Source: Octopus bimaculoides (taxonomy: Eukaryota). From it: 64,000 nucleotides of DNA. Below the pieces are notes generated by a model. It made no database searches, was not told the DNA's origin, and saw only the letters and a list, made by a program, of their open reading frames with translations. Positions 38,480 through 51,827 of the stretch are shown here, piece after piece. Every line of letters starts with the position of its first letter. The first letter of the stretch is position 1. The stretch spans positions 2,376,127 through 2,440,126 of the forward strand of contig NC_068990.1 in NCBI RefSeq assembly GCF_001194135.2, in the 5' to 3' direction. The position numbers and the translations under genes are program-made.

Positions 38480-38657
38480 TCAAATGTGTAACGTATAGTA
38501 CAGACAAGAAGGTAATATTTCGAACGCAGAATAGACGTGAAAATGACAGAAAGATCCGGTATTATTACTCTTATAAGACGGGAAAATGTTGTCAACAAAC
38601 ATCCACAGGCTGTTCCAAATATTACCTTCTTCTCTGTACAATACGATACACATTCGA
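38480..38657. repeat. 46-bp inverted repeat pair with 86-bp spacer (MITE-like)
   Basis: 38480-38525 versus reverse complement of 38612-38657: 5 mismatches in 46. Confidence 0.8.
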
Positions 38658-38760
38658 CCATTCTAAAAACAAAATAAAAAAAAAGTTTACATAAATTGCT
38701 TCATTCCTAAGAAAATCTATGTATTTGGCTTTTAATCTGAGAGAAATTGCTGTTAAAGCG

Positions 38761-38828
38761 CAGGCTAGCTTAATGGTAGAACAGTAATCCGGGTATCAGT
38801 GTAGTACGCATTCGAGTCACGTGACTGT
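38761..38828 (+). pseudogene. Degenerate tRNA-like remnant or SINE head
   Basis: TAGCTTAATGGTAGA (A-box/D-arm-like) and ATTCGAGTC (B-box-like); no complete cloverleaf found. Confidence 0.3.
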
Positions 38829-39559
38829 TTATAATCATGTTTTCTTCCGTATTGTAAGGGTAATAATAGCCAATTTTTCTACCATTTTCACGGCTGTACT
38901 TCGCCTGAAATGTTACCTTATTTTCTTTACGATCTGATATATATATATATATATATAAATATAGATATGTAAAGTCTGTTTGATTTAAATTTCAGAAGTA
39001 GTGTAACTTTATCAAACATGCGTAATTTTCTTCGCCAATTTTCTGTCAACTGTATCGAATGAATTTTATCTGATAAGTACCTATGTGATTGTTTTCATTG
39101 TGTATGATTTCAATGTCTGAATGTAACGGGATACTTCATGCTTTAATTATAAGTATGTACCTGCACATGATATCACATGAATCCATGTATTGTTTCAATT
39201 AGGGTTTGCAGTTTTCTACTTTGCATTAAGCATCCGGGAGGGATAATTTAAAGTTTGCCTATTGCATTTGTTGCTTTTGGTGGTTTCATCGAATGCATTT
39301 GTTAATGGAAACCTAGATAAACAAAGAACTGAGAACAAGGTGTCTCCCTGAAGACTCTGTACATATGAGACAAAAGTTCTTTTCATTAGAATTTTCAATT
39401 CATCATATGGTGTCAGTGTTGTTGATTCAGTTTTAACTAGAATGGCTGCTATATTACCTTAATATTGAGGTTGTCTGTTTTACGTACAATTTCTACATCA
39501 TCGCTATGCTTTGTCGAAAGAATTTCGATAATCAATCAATGCTATATTTTTAATATATG

Positions 39560-41500
39560 CAATAATTATTCGGTTTAAGAATAGCACTCCTTTTCATTTA
39601 CTTATCCTGTTTGATAATGTATCTCTTTCTTCAGCAAGATATTTGTCTTCCAATATGAACAATCTGCCTAGTGAAGAATATCGATAACAGATTTTGCTTT
39701 TGGTATTTATTGAAAACTGGTTATCGGTCAGTTAGTTTTTGAAATCACCACTGTTTGTATTTGGGAGAAATTTATATTGTTTTCTTTACTCGCCAGACGT
39801 CTATTGAAACTGGTCTTTCTACTATTTCCATGATAGCAGTTGCTTTCAGTTAATGTTTGCTGCCTGTATATGCTACCCAAAATATTTATTCAAAATCAAT
39901 TATATGAGATTGCAGTTAGTTTCAAAGCATCGTCGTTGTATTGGTAAATACATTTCTGACTAGTTATGCTGGTCATGTTTGCCTGGTTGTGCTTATTCTC
40001 CCTCCTAATTTCTTTTTTATCAAAATGAACTAAGTGTTTCAAACTCTAGGGTATAATAAAAAAAAAATTATTAAGGTCTTCTGAGATGTGGTATGCAGCT
40101 TGAATTGTGCTATGTGCATCCAGTTTAATGTTAATTTCAGTGTATGTAAGCCTAATTGCTTAATATGCTATTTGTTCAGGAAAGTATAACTAATTTGTTT
40201 TTCTCATGTTGGTACTATATCTTCATGGCTCTTAACTTTAATAAGTAGGTAGTTTGACTTCATTTCTCTGTTTGTATGTACAAGTGTATATTAAAATATT
40301 TATATTCTACTATTATTAAATGCTGTTGGTGTTGTAGCGTATGTTTTACTGCCTACATCTTGTTTGTGTAAACTCTGTATTATGGCACTGTGTTCTGCAC
40401 CTTTGCTACGAATATAAGAATTTTGTCCTGGGATTATCCAAACAGTCATCTGAATCTGTTTTATTATGATTGTTATTGCTTAATTTTATATTGAAAGGAT
40501 TCAATCATTATTTCTTAAAGAAGACCTTTGCTGTCAGTTATCTGATACTCCGTATAGATGTCCGATTGTTTTATGCTAATATGTTTTATGCTAATTGTTT
40601 TATGCTAATTGTTTTATGCTAATAGGGAGTAAGCAAATTTCTCAGTCGTTTGTTTAAGCTTACCTTTTCGTTTTCTTCGTCTATTTCGTTAATCCTAAGT
40701 TTTTGTTATTTAGCTCCAACCTAAGAGAAAAGTCGTCCTAACATTAATCATTTTATACTCATGCATAACCGAGATTAGCATTATCCATTGTCTCATTCCT
40801 CTTGATGAAATGGTAGCTTTTGATTTGAAAGAAATTTCGCAACTATTTTTAGCAAACTGAATGAATGTGCAGAAGCTTTGCTTGCTGGCCATTTATATTT
40901 TTGGCAAAAGATTTACCACATTCCATTTTACCTTTCTTCTCCACTAGTTTATGTATATATCCACACTTTTTCTTCTCATTTCTTCACTGTTTGCATTAAT
41001 TTAAATTTACGTTCTGCTATATACCTGTGAACACATACAGAACATAATAATTTTACATCTGTATGTTCATCAAATGACAAATTCAACCTGTCAGTCTTTG
41101 GTTTTGGCTGGTACATTCTAGATAGTGTAATTAATTTTCTTGTTTTCTTTCCAGTCTGCATAGTTCGTGCAGCTTCCAATTTATTACATTAAAATTATAG
41201 CTTATTAATGGCATGGTTAATGTATTAACGTCAAGTTTAATGTTAGTTATTTGATTCTGTTCAGCGTGAAGTCTACAAGTAATATTTTTGTTGAAACTTT
41301 TTTCTTCTTTTATTCATGATCTTTTATAGATATTGATGATTGTGTTATGTCTTGTTCAGTAAATTCTGTATATTTTAGATTTTGGCTGATCTGGGTTACT
41401 TCTACATATTAACATACACCAAAGTTGTGGTCCTTTATATTCTTATCTACTGATATACAACATAGAACTCAGCATAATTCGCAAGCCATCCGGCTAGTAA
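39560..41500 (-). mobile_element. Heavily decayed Penelope-like retroelement (GIY-YIG and upstream region)
   Basis: A-rich minus strand. Across frameshifts: EGE...NV(I)YQ...KTSFNRR...FSINTKSK...LEDKYL..EERDTLSNRISK, resembling the PLE GIY-YIG C-terminus (CxLCLEEKYxI...LLNKRSE). The upstream limit is uncertain. Confidence 0.5.
40567..40623. repeat. 4 x TGTTTTATGCTAAT tandem repeat
   Basis: Units at 40567, 40582, 40596 and 40610. Confidence 0.95.
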
Positions 41501-43289
41501 TAATCTTGTGTGAAATGGTTCTGATTATTTATTCCTGAAATACGTATATCGATTGTCGATGACCAGGTAAATAACCTGGTCAACGATAATCGATATCAAA
41601 ATTCGCTGAGTACATAGCCAAACTAATCTTGTTCTGTTATCCAAAACTATTTCACTTTAGCTGAGTACTCAAAGGTTTTAACGCCAAATAAGAGACTTAA
41701 CATGAAAGACGTTCTGGAATACAGTCACTTCCAGTTTTACTGAAGTACTGCTTTCTAGAAAATCATGCCGTAACATGGCGTCCAATGATGCAAAAGCTAT
41801 ATTTCCACTTACATCCTTGTTCATCAATTACCATACAACATGGAGTCAATAAGAAAATAAATTTTAGTTATTCCATGTTACGGATATTTTTTTAAAGAAT
41901 ATAATGTTTCTTTAACTTGGCATTTGCCAATATTATACTATTTGATTCGATATTCTTAGTGTATATTCATATGGGATTTATTTATCCTTATCTATTTTTA
42001 GAATTTTGTAGAGGACTAATTTCTTCGTCAAGTTATCGTGTATCTAGTACTTTTAACATAATTATTGAATATAGCTATATAATTAATATAGCCAACTACT
42101 TAATATAGTTAATTAATGTACTTACATATATTACCGTATTCATAGACGGTAGTTCGAGATTCCTCGATTGTGGGAGCGTATTTACGTGATTCCATTAATT
42201 TTTACACGACTTACTTCCGCTTTCCTTCTTACTTTCAAAAACTTCACCTACGGCGTTATGTGACTTTTATCGGAAAGCTATTGGTATAGTTGTTTCGTAC
42301 ACAATTCTCCTCTTGTTAAAACATCAGATACCTGCTGGTGTGTCTCCATTTTTTGCCAATGAATTTAAAAGATTTTTGTGTGCCCCAATTATATGTACAC
42401 ACATCTATTATATATAAATATATATAATCTATAAAAGTACACACGCACAAACACACACATACATAAATGCATATATATATATGTATACATATATATATAT
42501 CTATGCTTGTGTAGGAGTGTGTGTGCATGCATGTGTGGGTTTGTAGACACGTGTAAGTATCTGTATGTGTGTATCTATAGTGTAACTCCATTTTTGAAAC
42601 TTTCCCACTATATAGGCTTATATATTGTCACTCTATTAGTTAAGAGAGATGCTGCTGCATATAATTATCTTATGGGTACTACTGAAAGACGTCCATTATA
42701 TATTAAGCATTCATGAAAGGTAGAAACGCTATAATGTATCGATAATAGGGATTATTTCCAAGGTTCCACTGGCATTGTCAGAACAGTGTTGAAGATACTT
42801 TTTTTAATGTCCCTAAGAATGATGGATAAATAGCAGAGAATCACTAAACAGAGTTCTATGTGACAAGGATGTTTGTAAATTAATGAACTATATAAGGTGT
42901 CTATTGGTCAGCTGGTGGTTTTAAAATAAATGATGGATTAAATCGTCCACTTCAAAACTCAGAACATAACGATCGGGTACTAACACCAACTGCACGACGG
43001 TTTAACAATTCCACTAATCTAATATAATGAACAAATATTTATTCGTGATGTTACTCGAAGGGATGATATTCAAAAGTGATCTCAGTGAGATTTGAACACA
43101 GAGTACAGAGAGCTGGAACATTACAGCAAAAAATATTGTTTTACAAGCTTTGCGACTTTGCCAAATATTGAGTTCAAAGGGGAGTGTCTTCTGTCTACAC
43201 CTGATTCTGTTTTCCATCGTTGCTTAGTGCCAGATGAAATTCAGTATGATTTGCTTATGAACAATTTATATGACCATGACTCATGTTGA

Positions 43290-44180
43290 GAAAACCCTAA
43301 CACCCGTTAAAAGGAGGATTGGGCATGCCGTGGTTGATGATGCGCAGAGACGCGCTGAGACTGCGACATCTCCGGCTCTATGTAGACAACAGTGAACAGA
43401 TGTGGTCACCGTTTGTGCGGCGCGCTTTCCTGCAGCTCGTCTCCATGACCGAACTGCAGTCGTGGATCAAGAAGAGGCCGAGGAAGGGCGAATGTCACGG
43501 TGAGTGTCGCGTTGCTCCCCGGCAACTCCAACACCCCGGGTCAACCTTGAGCGACTGCATCACAACTAACGCATTCTATAGTGGATTAGTGTATGGTGGA
43601 CGCGTCTGAAAGGTCTAGAGACAAAGACTTTCCTCTCTGGGCAATCTCTCATCAACTTCTTCAAGTATCACCTGAAGTGGAAGGTGAGAGCAGAAAGGGA
43701 AGTCTTGTCTAGTGAATGCTTCAAAAGAAGATGGGTGAATGTAGCAAGGATGGCACGNNNNNNNNNNNNNNNNNNNNNNNNNNNNNNNNNNNNNNNNNNN
43801 NNNNNNNNNNNNNNNNNNNNNNNNNNNNNNNNNNNNNNNNNNNNNNNNNNNNNNNNNNNNNNNNNNNNNNNNNNNNNNNNNNNNNNNNNNNNNNNNNNNN
43901 NNNNNNNNNNNNNNNNNNNNNNNNNNNNNNNNNNNNNNNNNNNNNCTAAACCTAAACTATCCTCCCCTCTTTTTACACGAGAACATTACTGTGATACACG
44001 ATCCCTATTGATCGCTTTTTTTTTCTCGATCCCTTTTGATCAAACTCCCCCCTTTTTTCCTTCCTACGATCCCTTTTGATCGACACCCCCCTACTTTTCC
44101 CCCTCCCCCTCCCAAAAAGAAAAGTTCTTCATTGTATTTGTCCCATCTTTGTTGATCCCTGTGTGGCTAATAAAAGAAAT
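43290..44180 (+). mobile_element. 3' portion of a Tx1/L1-clade non-LTR retrotransposon (internally deleted, gap inside)
   Basis: HPLKGGLGMPWL (L1/Tx1 post-RT PxxxGGLG motif) at 43301; C-terminal FFKYHLKWKVRAEREVLSSECFKRRWVNVARM; pyrimidine-rich 3' UTR; AATAAA at 44169-44174. Confidence 0.65.
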
Positions 44181-47100
44181 GTATCTATGCCCACCTATGT
44201 AAGTTCTACCAATTATTAATGATAAATATATACAGCAGATTGACTCAGCTGTACGTCTGAATATAAATTTCTGTGATGTCTGTTATCCAGTTAGACACAT
44301 TCTCTATAATAACCATATTATAGGTTTGACTCTCTTCGAAACTTTTTATGAATTCCTCTCTTAATATACATCGATAAAAGACACTTTTGAAGCGTCTGCT
44401 ATTATTTACTATCACAAATTTAAATATTTGTTGTCGAGTTTTACGTTCAATGTAGTGTAGGTTTTAATATTTGATAAACAATATTAATATGTTCTGGCAA
44501 AACTTTTCGTTGTCATTTGCAATACAGCCTCTCACTTTCTGTCTCTCCCGCCTCTAATTGTTTTCATTAACAATAATCTACTGAATATATATCCATTGCA
44601 ATTTTTTCACTTCAAGTTTTATTTCATGATATCAGATGAGGAAGTCAGGTATTTTGTTGGCTTAAATTCACTGTGTTAATGCCCTCAGTTTATTGTTTAG
44701 ACATACTGAAAATAAGTTATATTGGAAAACTTATTAAAACTTACTGAAGCTTCGAACTCATGCGGCTTATTTCCTTTCCGTCGTTATCTAAGAATTAAGC
44801 AGTGAATTTGTTGCTATGGCTATTTGACTCGCTATAGATATTAAAATATGTCTATGTGATCGCTGCTATTTTTCGCACATTAAACGTAGCTGGACTACCC
44901 AGATGTTTGTTTAAAAAAGAAAGATTATATCTGTAATAAAATAATGAAAGCAATATTTACTTAGAAAATGAGCCCTATAATACAAAAAAAATAATTAGAC
45001 TTTAACTATCATAAACATTATTAGAATTGGGAATCAAATGTGGAAATATCGAGTGGCTAGCAGAAAACCAGTTTGAGGTTGGTCTTTCAGCTAGTGTAAT
45101 TAAAAGGAGACTACACTGGATAAAAGCAATGTAGACGTTTGACATACAATATGGCGCAATTAGGATAATAGAGCAAGTACTGGCAGTATAAGGTTGGTAT
45201 AGAGAAATAAAAGAAACCTTGAGAGGACATCTTTGTTTTAGAAATAGTAAAGAAAGCACGCATAAATGATATCACACGACCGAAAGTAACAAAGTGTGAC
45301 TTAGATAATGTTTTTCTCTTGATGATTTCCGAAATTTCAGGTATTTCTCTATTTTTATTAAATACTGTTAGCCAAATTATTTATTAAATAATGTTAGTCA
45401 TATTATTTATTAAGTACTGTTAGTCATATTATTTCTGTTGCCCCATGTAGTTTGACAAATGTTTATTTTATTTTCAATTAGTTAATCTGTTATTTCTTTT
45501 TGTCAAATTTATTTTATTAGATAGTGTTACGTTGGGCGATGCTTGCTTTAAACATTAAAAAGTCAGGGATTCCCGCTGTTATCTTGATAGATAATTTACT
45601 TTGCATTTATCATTGTCGTTATTGTTCAAGTGTGTTTTATGCAGGAAGAATTCAATTAGAACATTACGAGTGGAACGAAATGCCCACTACAATAATAATA
45701 ATAATTATATCTTTAGCATTTCTTCCTCTATATTTGATTGGAATTTGTCTCTCTAATTCTGTTATTTGAATATTCGTCTTGTCTGCTATATTACACTCGT
45801 GCATCATCAGCAGGGGTCGTTTTGACAATTACTACGCTGTTCTCATCCAGACCACTGCTATGGATTCCAGGTCATATTTAAGGATCTGCGAATTTACATT
45901 TTTGTATACAAATATTTATTTCATTAATCCCATTTCTACACTTCAAATATGAACGTTAGAAAGATGATTCTTTCTCTTGAAGGAGTTCATTTCAGATATC
46001 ATCGAGTAAGATCGAAGAGAAGAAGTAGAAACTATAACGGCTGTATTTTATTTAAAGCACTGTGAAAGGATATTTTAAATATAGTTTTCTAAAAACTATC
46101 TGATATACAATTGTAACAGCATGTAAACAGTAGTCTTTTGTTTTATTTACATAAATATATACAAATTTCGCAAGAGTTTAGCGTCTGAAAGATAAATATA
46201 TTATTGCTGCTTGTGTTTCCAGCAAGAAAGAAAGGTAAAGAATATACATAAATGTAAATAATCCATAGTATATGGAATGCATAAGTTATTATATTTTCTG
46301 TTTTGTTTACCATCGTATTCAAGAGAACGAAAGTTTTGTAAACTTTGAAGTATAATTATTGAGAAAAGAGATTTTTGCTTTTCCAAGTAGGTGATTTTCA
46401 CGTTGGATATATGATACTGACTAAAATATTAATCGCAAAGATATATTACTGTATATCATACGTTAAATATCATCAGCTGCAAGATATTAGGGCAAACTAC
46501 TCATATCATATATTTTAATAATGTAGATTCTAGACATAAACTTTTGGTGGAGGCAACAGTCATTTATTTCGATTCTGCATAGATGAAAGACAAATTTCAC
46601 GTTAACGGGAGTTGAGCTCTGTGCGTAACGATCCGGAAGAAATATTACAAAACATTTATTTTTCCGATGCTTTAAGGATTCTTCCAGTTCATCACCCTCA
46701 CATTGTATTCTAATAGTACGAAGAAAAGAAAATGATAGTTGACAGGCATTTACAGTAGAGTGGCTAGCATAAAAATATGGATGTGGACAGATGAACCAAA
46801 GAAGGAACTGTATACAATGGAATTGCTAGACATAGTAATCAAATTCATCTTGAAATTTATCTGCCATAGAGGAAAAAGAAATCACAGTAGAAAATATAAA
46901 CTTCAGAACAAGATGGGTTAGTCAAAGTTGAACTTCTTCAATTGAATGTCTGCTTTGTTTGAGAGAACATTAAACTAAACAACAACCACACACAACATAC
47001 AAATGTACATAATTCCAGCCAATGAAAGCATTTTTAAATGGTTCCTCGACCGCTAGTAATAGTGATGTTTTCTTTCGCGGGACGTTTACTATCACCTTGA

Positions 47101-47779
47101 AAAAATTGTAAGACATGACATAATGCAGTCATGTATCCACAATGTATAAACCAACAAATGGGGTGGTAAAGGCTGGAATGCATTTGCCTAATGGTTTGTT
47201 CGATCTGGGATAACATAAGATAAAAAATACCACCGCCGCCACCACCACCACCACCAAAAGAAGAACAAGAAACCACAAAAAGCGAAAAAAAATTTACTAG
47301 TTATCGGAGAGAGGACAACATGTTTACAGTGTTACATTTCACCCTTAACGATTAGCTATTGTATTGACAAAATGGTTCTAAGTACACGGTTAATTGCTAC
47401 ATTTGTGAAATAATATGTGTGTGGTCGACACCTGGCCAGATAACTGGCAATTAAGCAGCGCTGTCTTTAGCGCATTTTAAAATAACAAGAATAAAAGCAA
47501 GAACACAAGTACAACAACAACATCAATTAACGATTAAGGTACAAATGCATATGTTTGAGTGAGAGTAATGCGGTGATGTGGTTCAAATCTTCTCTATAGA
47601 TACATGATACAGATGTGACAAAAGGCATAGTTTCTCTGAATTCTGAATAATTAAATTCGATCTCACATGGTGGCATCTGAGGAAAATGTTATTTTCTTCC
47701 ATATCTCGTGATTCGCATTAGAGAAACAGTAACTATATAGAGGCATGTCGGTCGGATCTTTAATTCTAGGAGGTACAGC

Positions 47780-48330
47780 TCAACAAGCCTGTTACACATT
47801 GTGTCACACTAACTCTGAGGAAGAATTAAGCTAAAGGGAAAATGAACGTTCAACCACTCAACACTTTTATTCGGGAGCAGGTATTTCGGGTGATCGAATT
47901 GAATCTTCAGCGTCAAAATACGGAGATCTACAACAGAGGGAAATGGTAAGATAAATTAGAAATTATAACTGAAACATAAAGAAGTACAGCAAACAACTTG
48001 CGATGGATCTGTAATCAGTTCGCGTCTTTTAGTCTTACCGTTATTTGTGAAAATAGCTAAACATCAAAGGGTTTGGGAATCTGGGATTGCTGATGGTGAG
48101 AAACTAGAATGCATTTCAAAAGTTTTCAAATAACGTATACACAATTCTCGCCACAAATTTCTGACATGGCTAGTTATAAATGTGTTTGATCTATGACTCC
48201 TCTATAGTTCAAGAAACTACACATTCTATTCTAAATCATTGAAAAAGCCAGCATAGTTGTGTACATTGTAATGCAATAAATATCTTTTTAGGAGGATTAG
48301 CTGTTGAAAGGAGCAATGGAAATCATAATT
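47780..48330 (-). mobile_element. Decayed Penelope-like 3' end (GIY-YIG start plus pLTR-like region)
   Basis: Minus FNS*SS*KDIYCIT/CTQLC at ~48250-48310 (cf. PLE FTCxSSNVIYCITCTLC); CTGAAGA...CGAAA followed by AATAAA at ~47865-47912. Confidence 0.4.
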
Positions 48331-48999
48331 TGCAAAAATCACGAATGGATCACAGTTTGTCTTTCCAGATTTTCACTTTTGAGAAGCGAAGCAAGGCAAA
48401 TCTTAAATGTAAAAATAAAGAGAAAATACCATTAAAATCCTAAATTCGATAGTTCAAACTAGAAATCGATAGAAAACTTGATCCCATTAATTAATTAAAT
48501 TACCATACGTGGTTTCAAGTGAATAATTATACTGTGTATTTCGTTCCACTCGTGATGTTTTTCTAATTGAATTCTTCTTGCGCAAAAGACACCCAAACAA
48601 TAAGAATAACGATATATGCGATGTGATTTAGAATTGAAGCGCACACAAACACACACATATATAGAATAGATGCACAGATATTCCAGTACAAAGATGTTTG
48701 TGCAGGCGTAATTTATATATATCTGTGTGTATGTGGGGAGAGGAGATGAATATAGGTATGCATGTATGTATGTAAGTTGTTTTTTGAAGATGAAAAATTT
48801 ATTTCACTCTACAAATTGAACTGAATACTTGGTAAATAATTTGCAAATTGTTGGATTTTCCATAGACAAGTGTAAATTTAAAGAAACCGCAACAGCATAG
48901 CAAAGAGAACTGGCAAGATTGGGTATCTGAGGAGAGTCGTTCCCTAACATTAGACTGGCTCTCACAAAAAATGAAACGCGTTACTCACCATACAGCTTC

Positions 49000-49295
49000 A
49001 TATTCACTTATTTCAGTTAATAGGCTACGGCAATGCTGAAGCACCACGTTGAAAAATTTTAGTTGAACGAATCAACCTCAGGAAATTTTTTGAAGCCTTG
49101 TATTTATTCTATCGGTCTCTTTTGCCAAACTGTGAAGTTACGGATACGTAAACACGCCAAAACCAGTTGTCAAGAGTTTTCTACTATTGATCGAAGCTAT
49201 AGTAGAGGAGACCTGCCCAAGGTGCCACAGTGTGAGATTTAAATTGGAACCATGTGTTTGTAAAGGAAGCTACTTACCGCACACCCACCCTGCGC
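49000..49295 (-). mobile_element. OK-like SINE
   Basis: GCTATAGTAGAGGAGACCTGCCCAAGGTGCCAC...GGAACCATGTG...CTTACCGCACACCCACCCTGCGCC (head) and GGCAATGCTGAAGCACC...CCAGTTGTCAAG (tail). Confidence 0.75.
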
Positions 49296-49459
49296 CAATG
49301 TGTATCAAAGCCAATGTGTATCAAAGCATTAAAAGTGTTATTTTCAAGATCTGTAAAATATGTGCTAGTATATCCGGAATACAGATGTTTGAGAGTTTTG
49401 CAAATGTTCTCAGTTGTGTATACGTTTTTATATTTATTTATAATTGCACAATGCGAGCA

Positions 49460-49543
49460 ATTACGGGGAGGGTAGTCGATTACATCGACCCAAGTACTCG
49501 ACTGGTACTTATTTTATCAACCTCGGCGGTATTTGAACTCAGA
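49460..49543 (-). mobile_element. SINE fragment (4.8-kb family) running into a gap
   Basis: GGGGAGGGTAGTCGATTACATCGACCCAAGTACTCGACTGGTACTTATTTTATC. Confidence 0.65.
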
Positions 49544-51827
49544 NNNNNNNNNNNNNNNNNNNNNNNNNNNNNNNNNNNNNNNNNNNNNNNNNNNNNNNNN
49601 NNNNNNNNNNNNNNNNNNNNNNNNNNNNNNNNNNNNNNNNNNNNNNNNNNNNNNNNNNNNNNNNNNNNNNNNNNNNNNNNNNNNNNNNNNNNNNNNNNNN
49701 NNNNNNNNNNNNNNNNNNNNNNNNNNNNNNNNNNNNNNNNNNNNNNNNNNNNNNNNNNNNNNNNNNNNNNNNNNNNNNNNNNNNNNNNNNNNNNNNNNNN
49801 NNNNNNNNNNNNNNNNNNNNNNNNNNNNNNNNNNNNNNNNNNNNNNNNNNNNNNNNNNNNNNNNNNNNNNNNNNNNNNNNNNNNNNNNNNNNNNNNNNNN
49901 NNNNNNNNNNNNNNNNNNNNNNNNNNNNNNNNNNNNNNNNNNNNNNNNNNNNNNNNNNNNNNNNNNNNNNNNNNNNNNNNNNNNNNNNNNNNNNNNNNNN
50001 NNNNNNNNNNNNNNNNNNNNNNNNNNNNNNNNNNNNNNNNNNNNNNNNNNNNNNNNNNNNNNNNNNNNNNNNNNNNNNNNNNNNNNNNNNNNNNNNNNNN
50101 NNNNNNNNNNNNNNNNNNNNNNNNNNNNNNNNNNNNNNNNNNNNNNNNNNNNNNNNNNNNNNNNNNNNNNNNNNNNNNNNNNNNNNNNNNNNNNNNNNNN
50201 NNNNNNNNNNNNNNNNNNNNNNNNNNNNNNNNNNNNNNNNNNNNNNNNNNNNNNNNNNNNNNNNNNNNNNNNNNNNNNNNNNNNNNNNNNNNNNNNNNNN
50301 NNNNNNNNNNNNNNNNNNNNNNNNNNNNNNNNNNNNNNNNNNNNNNNNNNNNNNNNNNNNNNNNNNNNNTGTGTGTATGTGTGAGAGGGAGAGAGAGAGA
50401 GTTTGTGCGTGGGTATATATGCATGTATAGCATATATAGTCGAACTATGTAAAACTATATGTAAATCCTATCAAACATGCTGAGTTCCACTTTGTTGCAG
50501 TTGTTTGCTCACCTAATATGCATACACACATACACTCATACATATATGCTCACCTGCATACATGAATACATATATACATACATACACACACATATGTATG
50601 GATAACCTATTATATGTGTATCGGTATATATGCATATATGCATAAACACGTTAGTATTCGTATACATACATACATAAGTAAATAGACACAAACACACACG
50701 TATACACACATACACACACGCACATTTCTATATATGGTCAAATTTGTAGTATCCAACTTTTCTGTGGTGATATCTACGCAATTTTTAATGCGTATTTGTA
50801 CATTAAGTCATTCAATAGCGCTTCTGTTTCTTTTAAAATCATAAAAGATTTATGTCTATGTATGAATATATTAAAGGAATACATTTTAATGGAGCGTAAT
50901 TCTGGTTTTCAAAGATGATTGCATTCCTTTCAAAATGATTCATAAGAGAATTTTCGACAGGTATGGCCAATATGAGTACAATAGAAAGCTACTAATACAG
51001 CAGACATTTCAACTATTATAAATATACTAACTATAGAACAGATGCAGATATTACCGAAAGTCTTATGATTCTTAACATAATATGCTTCATGCTGAACTAT
51101 AAATTCGCAGCTATAATTTGCTACAAAGATGTTAAAATCAAAAGCCACTTTAAGTTCAAACCACAAATATGTAAATGATCGATGTAATTTATGAAGTCGA
51201 TTGTAAATATGCAAATTTAAATTTTCATGACACTTATACTTGCCATATATATAAAACATTCTCACATTGGTTCGTCATACGCATAGAACACAGTGTACAA
51301 TTGGATAGCATTACACCAAACAACAGAATAGAAAGCTACATCGTAAAACATTAACTGTCATCACAAACATGTGATATACTCTTCTTCATAAATATAATAT
51401 TCATGATTAAAGTATTACTAGCCAAACGACGAAATACTGAAAGAAAGTGCTGGACAACCTGTACATGGCACAAAGGAAATAAGTACGTGATAACGTACAA
51501 TCTCACATTCTCGTTTCGATTTCCGACGATAAAACAAACCAACACGCAATAAAACGGATGTTATTCATTTAACCCTTCAAAAAACATGAGAGGAAGTTAT
51601 GAATGATTACAAATATTGATGATAGAGTTGAAGCATTGTTACAGTAAATGATCTGTAAGGGGCTCACGCCAAGTTATACAAAAGTATTAATAAAGAACAA
51701 AAACAGATTGTACATTTCATATCCTTACAGCAGACAGATAACAGTCATAAACATCAAAAATACACAATTATGTACGTATTCTCGTGTGTTTATATATGTA
51801 GCAAATTATAGCTGCGAATTTATAGTT

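Noticed and set aside
39340-39378. CTGAAGA-CTC...GAG-ACAAAA hammerhead-like string; similar strings at 1968-2004 and 60315-60356
   Set aside because: A conserved box is mutated and stems I/III cannot be formed; too degenerate to call.
49294-49325. 16-bp tandem duplication GCCAATGTGTATCAAA x2 at the SINE 5' end
   Set aside because: Simple local slippage; not matched on the other side of the SINE, so it is not a TSD.
50930-51545. GPCR-like hydrophobic peptides (VITYLFPL, ANYSCEFIV, FGNICICSIV)
   Set aside because: Motifs are scattered over different frames with stops and in the wrong order; AT-rich DNA yields hydrophobic translations by default.
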